From assembly GCA_029261405.1 (NCBI GenBank), contig JAJDBK010000076.1:132-64131 (forward strand): a stretch of DNA of 64,000 nucleotides, written 5' to 3'. The DNA comes from Nitrospinaceae bacterium (lineage in GTDB: Bacteria > Nitrospinota_A > UBA7883 > JAJDBK01). The position numbers and the translations under genes are program-made. Each line of letters opens with the position of its first letter. Within the stretch, counting starts at the first letter, position 1. Below the pieces are notes generated by a model. It saw only the letters and a program-made list of their open reading frames with translations, was not told the DNA's origin and ran no database searches. Shown here in pieces: positions 19,632 to 28,467 of the stretch.

Positions 19632-21041
19632 GTGGTTTATAAGATGTTGAAAAAACATAACCAGCTTTTCCTGTCGTTGACGTTGGTCACCGACCTGTCT
19701 GTAGCCTGCGTCTCATGGATAGCCTCGTATTACATCCGGTTTACCTTTTTCGACGCGCCAAAGGGTATCCCTCCCATAGAAGACTACCTCCAGTTTATTC
19801 CGGTGGTGGCTCTTGTCTGGGCGGTTTCCCTTCAGGTAAGCGGGCTCTACATACCGATGCGCTCCGATTCAAGGTTCCACGAATATTACCGTATTTTCAA
19901 AGCGACAACCATTTCGACCGTGCTAATAATAGCTGGCGCCTTTTTTTACAGGGAAGCGGAGTTCTCCCGCGCCGTTATGGGTATTTTCTGGGGAACCAGT
20001 GTTCTCTCCCTGATGCTCTCGCACAGTGTAATCCGATCAGTCTTGAGGTCTGTGAGATCAAAGGGTTACAACCTCAGGTTTGTGCTTATCATCGGCGCTG
20101 GTGAGCTTGGGCGGGCGCTGGCGGAAAACTTCTCGCGGCATCCTGAGTCAGGCCTGAAAGTCCTCGGGATACTCTCAGACGACGAGAACGACATGGGGCG
20201 GGAAATCTGTGGTTACAAAGTCATAGGCTCCATAGACCGCGTGAAAGAGATTATAGCGAAACTTAATATAGATCAGATATTTATCGCCCTGCCCCGCCAC
20301 ATGGACAAACGGCTGGAGAAAACCCTGGAGGCGTTGGGTGACGAGATGGTCGATATAAAACTGGCGCCCGATATCCTCAACCTGATCCAGATAAGCGGTG
20401 GTGTGGAGGATTTTGACGGTATCCCCATCATCTCACTCTCGGAAAGCCCCATGTACGGCTGGAACCGGGTGTTAAAACGGCTCTTCGACATTGTTTTCTC
20501 CCTGGTGTTCATAGTGATCGCCTCCCCGGTGATGCTGGCCATATCTATCGCAATCAAGCTGGAGTCGAAAGGCCCGGTAATCTTTCGTCAGGAACGGATG
20601 AGCCTGGGAGGGGTGCCTTTCAATATTTTCAAGTTCCGCTCCATGACCGTTGACGCCGAAAGCGAGACAGGCGCCGTGTGGGCGAAAAAACATGACAACC
20701 GGAGAACGAAGGTCGGCGAGTTTATCAGAAAGACCTCCCTGGACGAGTTTCCCCAGCTTTTTAACGTATTAAAGGGGGATATGAGCCTCGTTGGCCCGCG
20801 CCCGGAACGTCCTGTTTTCGTAAAGGATTTCAAGAAAAGCATCTCCATGTATATGCTCAGGCACAAAATGAAAGCCGGAATAACAGGATGGGCGCAGGTA
20901 AACGGCTGGAGGGGGAACACATCGATCGACAAAAGAATAGAATTCGACCTCTATTACATAGAGAACTGGTCTCTGCTCCTCGATATTAAAATTCTCTGGC
21001 TGACGATCTTCAAAGGTTTCATCAACGACCACGCCTATTAA
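19632..21041 (+). CDS. undecaprenyl-phosphate hexose-1-phosphate transferase (bacterial sugar transferase, WbaP/WcaJ/EpsB type)
   Basis: N-terminal polytopic membrane region. The C-terminal bacterial sugar-transferase domain shows PVIFRQERMSLGGVPFNIFKFRSM...DEFPQLFNVLKGDMSLVGPRPERP. Confidence 0.8.
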   Translation: MVYKMLKKHNQLFLSLTLVTDLSVACVSWIASYYIRFTFFDAPKGIPPIEDYLQFIPVVALVWAVSLQVSGLYIPMRSDSRFHEYYRIFKATTISTVLIIAGAFFYREAEFSRAVMGIFWGTSVLSLMLSHSVIRSVLRSVRSKGYNLRFVLIIGAGELGRALAENFSRHPESGLKVLGILSDDENDMGREICGYKVIGSIDRVKEIIAKLNIDQIFIALPRHMDKRLEKTLEALGDEMVDIKLAPDILNLIQISGGVEDFDGIPIISLSESPMYGWNRVLKRLFDIVFSLVFIVIASPVMLAISIAIKLESKGPVIFRQERMSLGGVPFNIFKFRSMTVDAESETGAVWAKKHDNRRTKVGEFIRKTSLDEFPQLFNVLKGDMSLVGPRPERPVFVKDFKKSISMYMLRHKMKAGITGWAQVNGWRGNTSIDKRIEFDLYYIENWSLLLDIKILWLTIFKGFINDHAY

Positions 21042-21048
21042 TGAAACC

Positions 21049-21755
21049 TTGTCGAAAAAATCCAAAACACCGGCTGACAACCGGTTCACTTTTTACGAAT
21101 TTTTCGCCGGGAGCGGCATGGCGCGGGCGGGACTCGGTTCAAAATGGAGATGTCTTTTCGCCAGCGATATCGACCCTACAAAAGTTTCGGCATACCAGGA
21201 GAGCTGGAGTAACGCTCGTACCGTACAGAATGATGTCGCAAACCTCGCAACAGACTTACCTTCACCGAAGTGGCGCCCAAAAGCGTATCAGCGAAATGGA
21301 TCTGGTGGGACCTTCCCATACCGGGTCAGCGGAAGATAAGTCTGACGGATATTCCCGAACATCACCCGACCGATGTTAATTTTCATCCGCCTGAAAAGAC
21401 AAAAACCCTGCTCGAAATGATGAGCGGGATCAACACCGCCAAGGTCACCAGGGCGCAAGGATCGGGGGTTATGAAAGCCGGGTGTAGCTACAGAAGAATG
21501 CGGAACGGAATTCAGCGAGCGGAGGTAAGGTTCGACAACGTGTCCGGCTGTTTAAGAACGCCCTCCGGCGGCTCCAGCAGACAGACACTACCGCTTGCGC
21601 ATGGAAAAGAGGTACGATCCCGGCTTTTTTCGGCGCGTGAAGTCGCCCGCCTCATAGGTCTATCGGAAAAATATAAACTTCCCAAAAGTTATCACGCCGC
21701 ATACCACCTGGCAGGAGACGGGGTCGCTGTGCCGGCAGTGAAATTTCTGGCGTGA
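21049..21755 (+). pseudogene. Decayed DNA (cytosine-5)-methyltransferase remnant split over three reading frames
   Basis: Frame 1: FYEFFAGSGMARAGL...CLFASDIDP..A..YQ resembles C5-MTase motifs I-III. Frame 3 ends with REVARLIGLSEKYKLP...YHLAGDGVAVPAV, resembling motifs IX-X. No frame carries a PCQ catalytic motif. The total span of about 235 codons is too short for an intact enzyme. Confidence 0.45.
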
Positions 21756-21798
21756 ACTCTACTGGAACCGACAACAAAACTTAACCGACAGTGGATGT

Positions 21799-22635
21799 TC
21801 AGTTAAATTCCACAACTTCCGGTATCCGCATCCGGGAAAAAAGAATCGCGCTCCCTTCGAGGTTGTCGCAATCTATCCCCATCATCCAGGCGTAGCTAAC
21901 TGTCTGACCGGGTGCGATCTCTTTTGCCAACAGCTCCTGATTGCCGTTATCAAAACGGATGGCGACATTTTGCACCGGAGTCGAGCCAACATTAAGCGCC
22001 TTTATTGCGCAGTGGCCCAACCACATTGAAGGCGACCGACCTACCAGAACCTTGCTTTCGAATTGTCGTTCCATAACCTCTACCGAAAAAACGACAACTG
22101 CAACCGCAACAATAAACAGGGCAAGCTTTTTTACCACACCTGGTCGGCGTTCCTTTTCCACACCGTTGAATCGGAGAATACCCCCTGTTACCAGCATTGA
22201 ACTAACTACCGAAACGGCGAAACTGAATAGACCCAGTTCGGCTGTCACGTCCAGAGCCGACTCAAGCTGGAACAGGGCCACGAGAACCGCCACCAGAAAG
22301 ACATCCAACATCGCCCACTTGCCGATCCGGTCAATGAATGACATCGGCCATCTTTTTGCTTCCGGCCCGGGAAATAACGCAATGACCACCGCCATATATT
22401 TTATTATCGGTGTGACCACCGTAAAAAACCCCACAACCACCGCCAGCGCCAGATGGTCCGAGTCACGCAACCGCTCAATAGCCTCCACCAGAAAAAATGT
22501 CTGGAAACCGGTAGCTATTCTGGTGTCAACAAATGGAATAACCAGCCAGGAGGTAGTGGTGAAAACAGGAAGAGTGAGCGCCAGCGCGAACGTGGTCACG
22601 CTTAAACAAAACAGGAGGTATATAACAAAGACCAT
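21799..22635 (-). CDS. hypothetical integral membrane protein (possibly PqiA-like) with C-terminal soluble domain
   Basis: About 5 predicted hydrophobic helices over the first ~170 aa, then a ~100 aa soluble tail. The PqiA-like assignment is from vague recall only. Confidence 0.4.
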   Translation of the reverse strand: MVFVIYLLFCLSVTTFALALTLPVFTTTSWLVIPFVDTRIATGFQTFFLVEAIERLRDSDHLALAVVVGFFTVVTPIIKYMAVVIALFPGPEAKRWPMSFIDRIGKWAMLDVFLVAVLVALFQLESALDVTAELGLFSFAVSVVSSMLVTGGILRFNGVEKERRPGVVKKLALFIVAVAVVVFSVEVMERQFESKVLVGRSPSMWLGHCAIKALNVGSTPVQNVAIRFDNGNQELLAKEIAPGQTVSYAWMMGIDCDNLEGSAILFSRMRIPEVVEFN

Positions 22636-22662
22636 CAGATAAATCCGCTTTCGGTCGGGCTC

Positions 22663-24267
22663 CTACCTGATCCCGGCGAACGGAACGCCTGAGAGATCGG
22701 ACATCTCCCGGCTCCATGTCACAAGATCGTTGGTGGAGAGGTTCGCAACGTTCCGATGACCACAGGCCCGGACCAACACTTTTATAAGCTCCGTGGCGCT
22801 TTCAAGAAACCTCGCCAGCCGTTGGGCCGAATGGTCTATGGAGAGTCGGCTTCGCAGGTCTCGATTTTGCGTGGCGATACCGACCGGACAGTTATTGGTG
22901 TTACACGCCCGCATGGCTATACAACCGATGGAATGCATGGCGACCGTTGAGAGGGCGATGGCGTCGGCCCCGAGGGCTATCGCCTTGAAAAAATCGGTCG
23001 GTGTGCGCAAACCGCCGGTGATAACGAGGGTTACATCCTTTTGTTCGGCTCTGTCGAGATGGCGACGCGCCCGGGCGAGGGCCGGGATGGTCGGAACCGA
23101 GATATGGTCCCTGAATATCGACGGCGCCGCGCCCGTTCCCCCACCCCGTCCGTCGAGAATAATATAATCGACCCCCACTTCCAAAGCCGCATCGATATCC
23201 TCCTCAATCCGCTGGGCGGACAATTTGTATCCCACAGGTATTCCTCCGGTCGCTTCTCTCACCTCCGTCGCAAAATCCCGGATCTGTGAAAGCTCCGTCC
23301 AGTCGGGAAACCGCGATGGCGATATTGCCGGTTGCCCTTCCGGCAAACCGCGCACACCGGCAATTTTTCCCATGACCTTCTCTCCCGGCAGATGACCTCC
23401 GGTTCCGGTCTTGGCGCCTTGCCCGCCTTTAAAATGGAACGCCTGACACTGTTTCACCTTCTCCATAGAAAAGCCGAACCGGCCTGAAGCCAGTTCGTAG
23501 AAATAACGGCTGTTCTCTTCCCGCTCTTCCGGCAACATTCCACCCTCACCTGAGCAGATTCCGGTACCAGCTATTTCCGCCCCCTTGGCGAGAGCTATCT
23601 TCGCCTCCTCGGACAATGCGCCGAAACTCATATCGGAAACCATCAGCGGTATTTTTAGCCGAAGAGGTCGCTTTGCATTCGGCCCTATGACAACTTCTGT
23701 AGTTATATGCTCGTTATCGAGCAGGGGCAGTCGGGCAAGTTGCGCTGTTACAATCTGGATATCATTCCACAAGGGCAGACTGGTCAACGCAACGCCCATC
23801 GCCGTCAAGGGACCATGCTCCCCCTCCTTGACCCCCTTCTCCGAAAGGGACTTTATCAGAGCGGTATAAGGTTCTTCAGGGGTCCCGTGCGGATCGGCGT
23901 ACTGACCGAGGTAAGCGTCACGCTGGTATGGCTGGGGGTTCTTCCCGCACCACTCGGCGATTTCGTCCAGATCAACCCAGACTCCACCATCTTCAATAAA
24001 GGCAGTGAACTTTTCCAGTTTTTCTTTGTTGTCGTATTCGCTGACACCCGTGTCAAATCTGAAATCCCAGGAATGAACGCCGCATACCAGATTGTTACCT
24101 TTGATACTCCCGTCCGCCAGCATGGCGCCCCTGTGAAGGCAACGTCCGTAGAGTACCGAAACCTTGTTGTCATACCTGACTACAACCAGATCGACGTTTT
24201 GAACCAGGAGAGCAAATGGCTTACGGTCTTCAAGTTCGCTCCATTCGACAACTCTCTCTTTTCGCAT
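22663..24267 (-). CDS. Rieske [2Fe-2S] domain fused to FMN-dependent glutamate-synthase-family (GltB domain 2-like) protein
   Basis: Rieske ligands CLHRGAML...CGVHSWDF. The C-terminal ~430 aa have a glutamate synthase central-domain character (FMN-binding GltS family). The ATG at 24265-24267 with an AGGAGA RBS is preferred over the GTG/ATG at 24360 that would overlap the divergent antiporter. Confidence 0.7.
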   Translation of the reverse strand: MRKERVVEWSELEDRKPFALLVQNVDLVVVRYDNKVSVLYGRCLHRGAMLADGSIKGNNLVCGVHSWDFRFDTGVSEYDNKEKLEKFTAFIEDGGVWVDLDEIAEWCGKNPQPYQRDAYLGQYADPHGTPEEPYTALIKSLSEKGVKEGEHGPLTAMGVALTSLPLWNDIQIVTAQLARLPLLDNEHITTEVVIGPNAKRPLRLKIPLMVSDMSFGALSEEAKIALAKGAEIAGTGICSGEGGMLPEEREENSRYFYELASGRFGFSMEKVKQCQAFHFKGGQGAKTGTGGHLPGEKVMGKIAGVRGLPEGQPAISPSRFPDWTELSQIRDFATEVREATGGIPVGYKLSAQRIEEDIDAALEVGVDYIILDGRGGGTGAAPSIFRDHISVPTIPALARARRHLDRAEQKDVTLVITGGLRTPTDFFKAIALGADAIALSTVAMHSIGCIAMRACNTNNCPVGIATQNRDLRSRLSIDHSAQRLARFLESATELIKVLVRACGHRNVANLSTNDLVTWSREMSDLSGVPFAGIR

Positions 24268-24339
24268 AAGGCGGTTCTCCTGACTCGATATTATCACTTC
24301 GTTGTTGCGTGATTTTAATCCACAGGGTTCAATAGTGCC

Positions 24340-26133
24340 ATGAATGAATCTATTTTCCATACGTTAGCGGCCCTTGGAGCGGTCGGTATCACGTGTCAAT
24401 GGTTAGCGTGGTGGGTAAAACTACCCGCTATCTTATTCCTGCTTCTTGCGGGAATAGTGGCGGGACCGGTGTTGGGGGTTTTTGATCCTGACGCTATTTT
24501 TGGTGAACTGCTTTTCCCCGTTGTTTCGTTATCTGTGGCGGTGATTCTTTTTGAAGGGAGCCTGACGCTTCGGTTCGACGAGGTGCGGGGTGTGGGGCAG
24601 GTTATACACAATCTGCTTACCATAGGAGTGGCGGTAACCTGGGTAATCACGGCGGTAGCCACACATCTATTGATGCAGGTTTCGTGGGATCTCTCATTCC
24701 TGTTCGGCGCCCTTGTGGTCGTTACGGGACCGACGGTTGTGGTTCCGATCCTGCGCACTGTGCGGCCTAACGCCAGAATAGCCAACTTGCTCAGATGGGA
24801 AGGAATCCTGATCGACCCGGTAGGCGCCATCCTTGCCGTTATAGTCTACGAGTTCATCGTCTCCGGTCAGGCGGAGGGGGCGATTGGTCATACCATCGTA
24901 ATGTTCGGGTCGGTCATGGTAACCGGTCTGCTGACAGGCGTTCTGGCCGGTTACGTTTGGGGGGAGGTACTGCGCAGGTTCTGGTTACCCGAGTACCTTC
25001 ACTCTGTGGCGACCCTCACTTTCGTCCTGGCGATCTTCGCTATATCAAACTCTATATTTGAAGAATCGGGCCTTTTAACGGTTACTGTCATGGGAGTTTG
25101 GCTGGCAAATATGCGGGATGTGCCAATCGCAAAAATTCTCGATTTCAAGGAGAGCGTCACTATTCTTCTGATCTCGATCCTTTTCCTCATTCTGGCGGCC
25201 CGGATAGAGCTTTCCGATATTGTGGCTCTCGGCTGGTCTTCGTTGGCGTTACTTGCGGTCATACAGTTTGTAGCCCGTCCCGCCAAGGTCTTCGTATCGA
25301 CCATCGGATCGGACCTGACGTTAAACGAGAAGGCCCTCATGTCGTGGATTGCGCCTCGCGGAATCGTGGCGGCGGCGGTATCGTCCCTCTTCGGATTGCG
25401 GCTCGAAGAGTACGGATACGATTTCGCCCCTTACCTGGCGCCCCTGACATTTCTGATAATAGTCGGCACCGTGGCTCTCCAGAGTCTGACCGCCGGACCG
25501 CTTGCCAGATGGCTGAAAGTAGCCGAACCGGCTCCGCGCGGATTTCTTCTTATCGGAGCTAACCCGGTGGCCCGCGCTATCGGCACAGCTCTCAAAGAGA
25601 ACGGGTATCGTGTTCTTCTGGCCGACACAAACTGGGAGAGCATAAGCAAGGCGAGGATGGAGGGATTGTCAACTTATTACGGTAACCCGATATCGGACCA
25701 CGCAGACCGTTCGCTCGATCTGGTGGGAATCGGGCGTTTATTGGCTCTCTCCCCCCAACAGGAGCTTAACGTTCTCTCAGCCATGAGGTATCGATCAGAG
25801 TTCGGACACGCGGGAGTATACGCCCTCCAGACATCGGCCCAAAAGACGGCTTCCGAAAAACATAAAGCGTCCGAGCAGTATCGTGGAAAAACTCTCTTCG
25901 GAGAGGATGTGACCTACTCGAAGCTTGCAAGCCTGTTAAGCGGCGGGGCGGAGATAAAATCAACCCCACTCACCGACAAGTTCCTGATGGTAGATTATTA
26001 CGAAACCTACGAAGGGCGAGCCATACCGATGTTCACCATAAACAATAAAGGTGATATCGATATCTTCGTCGCAAAAAACCTGGTGGAACCGAAGGAAGGG
26101 TGTACGGTCCTGGGACTGGCGCCTGTGACTTAA
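24340..26133 (+). CDS. NhaP-type (CPA1) Na+/H+ antiporter with C-terminal RCK/TrkA-N domain
   Basis: About 12 TM helices with a Na_H exchanger pattern (LFEGSLTLRF, PILRTV). The C-terminus shows the Rossmann fold GFLLIGANPVARAIGTALKENGYRVLLAD. Confidence 0.8.
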   Translation: MNESIFHTLAALGAVGITCQWLAWWVKLPAILFLLLAGIVAGPVLGVFDPDAIFGELLFPVVSLSVAVILFEGSLTLRFDEVRGVGQVIHNLLTIGVAVTWVITAVATHLLMQVSWDLSFLFGALVVVTGPTVVVPILRTVRPNARIANLLRWEGILIDPVGAILAVIVYEFIVSGQAEGAIGHTIVMFGSVMVTGLLTGVLAGYVWGEVLRRFWLPEYLHSVATLTFVLAIFAISNSIFEESGLLTVTVMGVWLANMRDVPIAKILDFKESVTILLISILFLILAARIELSDIVALGWSSLALLAVIQFVARPAKVFVSTIGSDLTLNEKALMSWIAPRGIVAAAVSSLFGLRLEEYGYDFAPYLAPLTFLIIVGTVALQSLTAGPLARWLKVAEPAPRGFLLIGANPVARAIGTALKENGYRVLLADTNWESISKARMEGLSTYYGNPISDHADRSLDLVGIGRLLALSPQQELNVLSAMRYRSEFGHAGVYALQTSAQKTASEKHKASEQYRGKTLFGEDVTYSKLASLLSGGAEIKSTPLTDKFLMVDYYETYEGRAIPMFTINNKGDIDIFVAKNLVEPKEGCTVLGLAPVT

Positions 26134-26172
26134 CAAGAGTAATTTCCAGCAACTTAAAACCGGTTCGTATCG

Positions 26173-28176
26173 ATGAAAGAGAAACACCCGGAACACCATA
26201 AAAAACTTGCCGACTACGCAATGGTTTTCGAGCTGACGAGCAGGCTGGCCCACTTTACCAACGAAAAAGAGGTGGTGACCGAAGTTTTCGATTTTTTCAC
26301 CTCCCTCTGCGCCGCCAATACCGTTTCTTACCTCGGTTTCGTGAACGGAGAGCCGCAGGAACTCGAAATTTCCTCCTCCACAGCAATAAACGGGGAGGAG
26401 ATGAAAAACCGTTTAACCTTCTTTCGTGGCGATTACCAGTGGACCGACTCCGGCAAGGGTTTTACCATCCGAATCCCGTATGGTGAAGAGACTCTCGGCG
26501 TTCTGGAAGTGGATGAGATATCATTTCCGGAGTACAGGGAGCATTATCTCAATCTGGCGATAAACACGATTAATGTTGTGGCGCTTGCCATATCAAACTC
26601 AAGGATCTTCGAGGAGTTGGAGGAGCGGATCAAGGAGAGAACAGGGGAGCTGGTCCAGGCCAACGCAAGCCTTTTACAAGAGATAAGAGAACATGAGGAG
26701 GCTCATAAGGAATTGCGGGAATCGGAGATGCGGTATCGCTCCGTAACAGAATCCGCCAACGAAGGGATCGTATCCGTGGATAAATCGGGAAAGATCATTT
26801 CGTGGAATAACGCCGCCTCTGATATTTTCGGTTATTCGACTCAGACGATAATGGATAAACCGCTGAGCCTGCTGATCCCGGAAGAGAGAAACGAATCGGG
26901 CTTTGCGCTCATAGCCCGGTTCATCAACGACGATGGAGAGATGAGAAGCGGGAACTTCCTTGAAGTCGTGGGACGCAGACAAAATGGTGAGCGGTTTCCC
27001 ATGGAAATTTCCCTGGCCTCGTGGTGGGCCGACGATGAAAGGTACGTCACAGGTATCATTCGGGATATTTCAAACCGCAGGAGGGTTGAAAGTGAGCTTA
27101 ACCGGCTGGTCAGAGCCATCGAACATACGGCGGAGACTATCCTGATAACAGATACGGAAGGGGTCATAATCTATGTCAACCCCGCGTTCGAAAAAACCAC
27201 CGGCTATACACGGGAGGACGCTATCGGCAAAACCCCCAACATAATAAAGAGCGGCAAGCAGGATCGGGCTTTCTACAAAAAAATGTGGGGCGCCATAAAA
27301 AGGGGCCGTATCTGGAGTGGGCGGATAGTGAATAAACGCAAGGACGGCTCTCTGGTGGAGGAGCATGTCACCATCTACCCGGTCTTCGATTCGCAGGGGA
27401 AGATGGACACATACGTTGCGCTAAAACGGGATATAACCCGCGAAGTGCGCCTGACCAGGGCGAAGGACTACTTTACGTCTGTCACCTCCCACGAGTTGCG
27501 CACTCCGTTGACCAAACTCGGGCTGGTAAGGTTACTGCTCACCAAGGTAAAGAAGCGCACATCCGAATCAAGCAACCTCGACGACGCCAGATCGGTTCTG
27601 GAAGACTCGATTATAGATTTCGACCGGATTATTTCCGCCGCTCTCCTCTTTTCCGACCTGACCCTGGCGCCTAACAGGGAGTCGTTCCAGTACGCCAATA
27701 TTGATCTGGCCTTACAATACTGTGTGGAGTCGGCCAAAGCCTCCATCCTGGCGGAAAACCGTGATGTAAAGATTCTCTTCACAGGCTTCTCCCGTGGGAT
27801 AAGGATCAAATGCGATCACGAAATGATCCAGAAAGCTCTGACAGAAGTGATCTCTAACGCCATCAAATATACTCCCGACGGAAAAAGTGTGAGAATCACT
27901 GGAAGCGTAAAGGGGGACCGACCAGTGGTTGAGGTGCTCGATGAAGGTATTGGTATCCCGACCGACACGCTGGAAGAAGTGTTCGAGCCTTTCTTCTCCC
28001 TTGCGGATCACAAAAAACACGTTACCAGCAAATACCTCTTCCTCGGCGTTGGTGTCGGAATGGGGTTAACTATCGCCAAGTTGATTATGGAGTATCACGA
28101 TGGTTCACTGATTCTGGCGAGTTCCGGAAAGAATTTGGGGACCAAAGCGATTGTAACATTCCAGTCTCTGTTATAA
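26173..28176 (+). CDS. cytoplasmic sensor histidine kinase (GAF-like, PAS x2, HisKA, HATPase_c)
   Basis: PAS (RYRSVTESANEGIVSVDKSGKIISWNNAASDIFGY). HisKA H-box (FTSVTSHELRTPLTKL). HATPase G-boxes (LDEGIGIP, GVGVGMGLTIAK). There are no TM segments. Confidence 0.8.
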   Translation: MKEKHPEHHKKLADYAMVFELTSRLAHFTNEKEVVTEVFDFFTSLCAANTVSYLGFVNGEPQELEISSSTAINGEEMKNRLTFFRGDYQWTDSGKGFTIRIPYGEETLGVLEVDEISFPEYREHYLNLAINTINVVALAISNSRIFEELEERIKERTGELVQANASLLQEIREHEEAHKELRESEMRYRSVTESANEGIVSVDKSGKIISWNNAASDIFGYSTQTIMDKPLSLLIPEERNESGFALIARFINDDGEMRSGNFLEVVGRRQNGERFPMEISLASWWADDERYVTGIIRDISNRRRVESELNRLVRAIEHTAETILITDTEGVIIYVNPAFEKTTGYTREDAIGKTPNIIKSGKQDRAFYKKMWGAIKRGRIWSGRIVNKRKDGSLVEEHVTIYPVFDSQGKMDTYVALKRDITREVRLTRAKDYFTSVTSHELRTPLTKLGLVRLLLTKVKKRTSESSNLDDARSVLEDSIIDFDRIISAALLFSDLTLAPNRESFQYANIDLALQYCVESAKASILAENRDVKILFTGFSRGIRIKCDHEMIQKALTEVISNAIKYTPDGKSVRITGSVKGDRPVVEVLDEGIGIPTDTLEEVFEPFFSLADHKKHVTSKYLFLGVGVGMGLTIAKLIMEYHDGSLILASSGKNLGTKAIVTFQSLL

Positions 28177-28238
28177 TGAACCACCATCCAACGTTTGATT
28201 ATTGAATATCGCACACATTAACTGGAGTTTATACTGTT

Positions 28239-28430
28239 ATGAAAGTCGCCGACATAAAAAAAATCGCGAAGTCAGCCGGCGTAAAATCGATATCCGGCCT
28301 GAAAAAGAAGGTTGATCTAATCAGGGCCATACAGGTTGCGGAAGGAAACACGGACTGTTTTGAAAAGATCCAGAACTGCGCTCTTGTCGATTGCACATGG
28401 TTTGGTGACTGCCAGAAGGGCAAATCCTGA
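28239..28430 (+). CDS. small protein (63 aa): Rho_N/SAP-like N-terminal helix-hairpin followed by a 4-Cys cluster
   Basis: MKVADIKKIAKSAGVKSISGLKKKVDLIRAIQ resembles the Rho termination factor N-terminal (SAP-like) motif. The C-terminus is CFEKIQNCALVDCTWFGDC. Confidence 0.4.
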   Translation: MKVADIKKIAKSAGVKSISGLKKKVDLIRAIQVAEGNTDCFEKIQNCALVDCTWFGDCQKGKS

Positions 28431-28467
28431 AAAATTGACGTGAGGGTTTAGCCCGTAACCGGTCACA

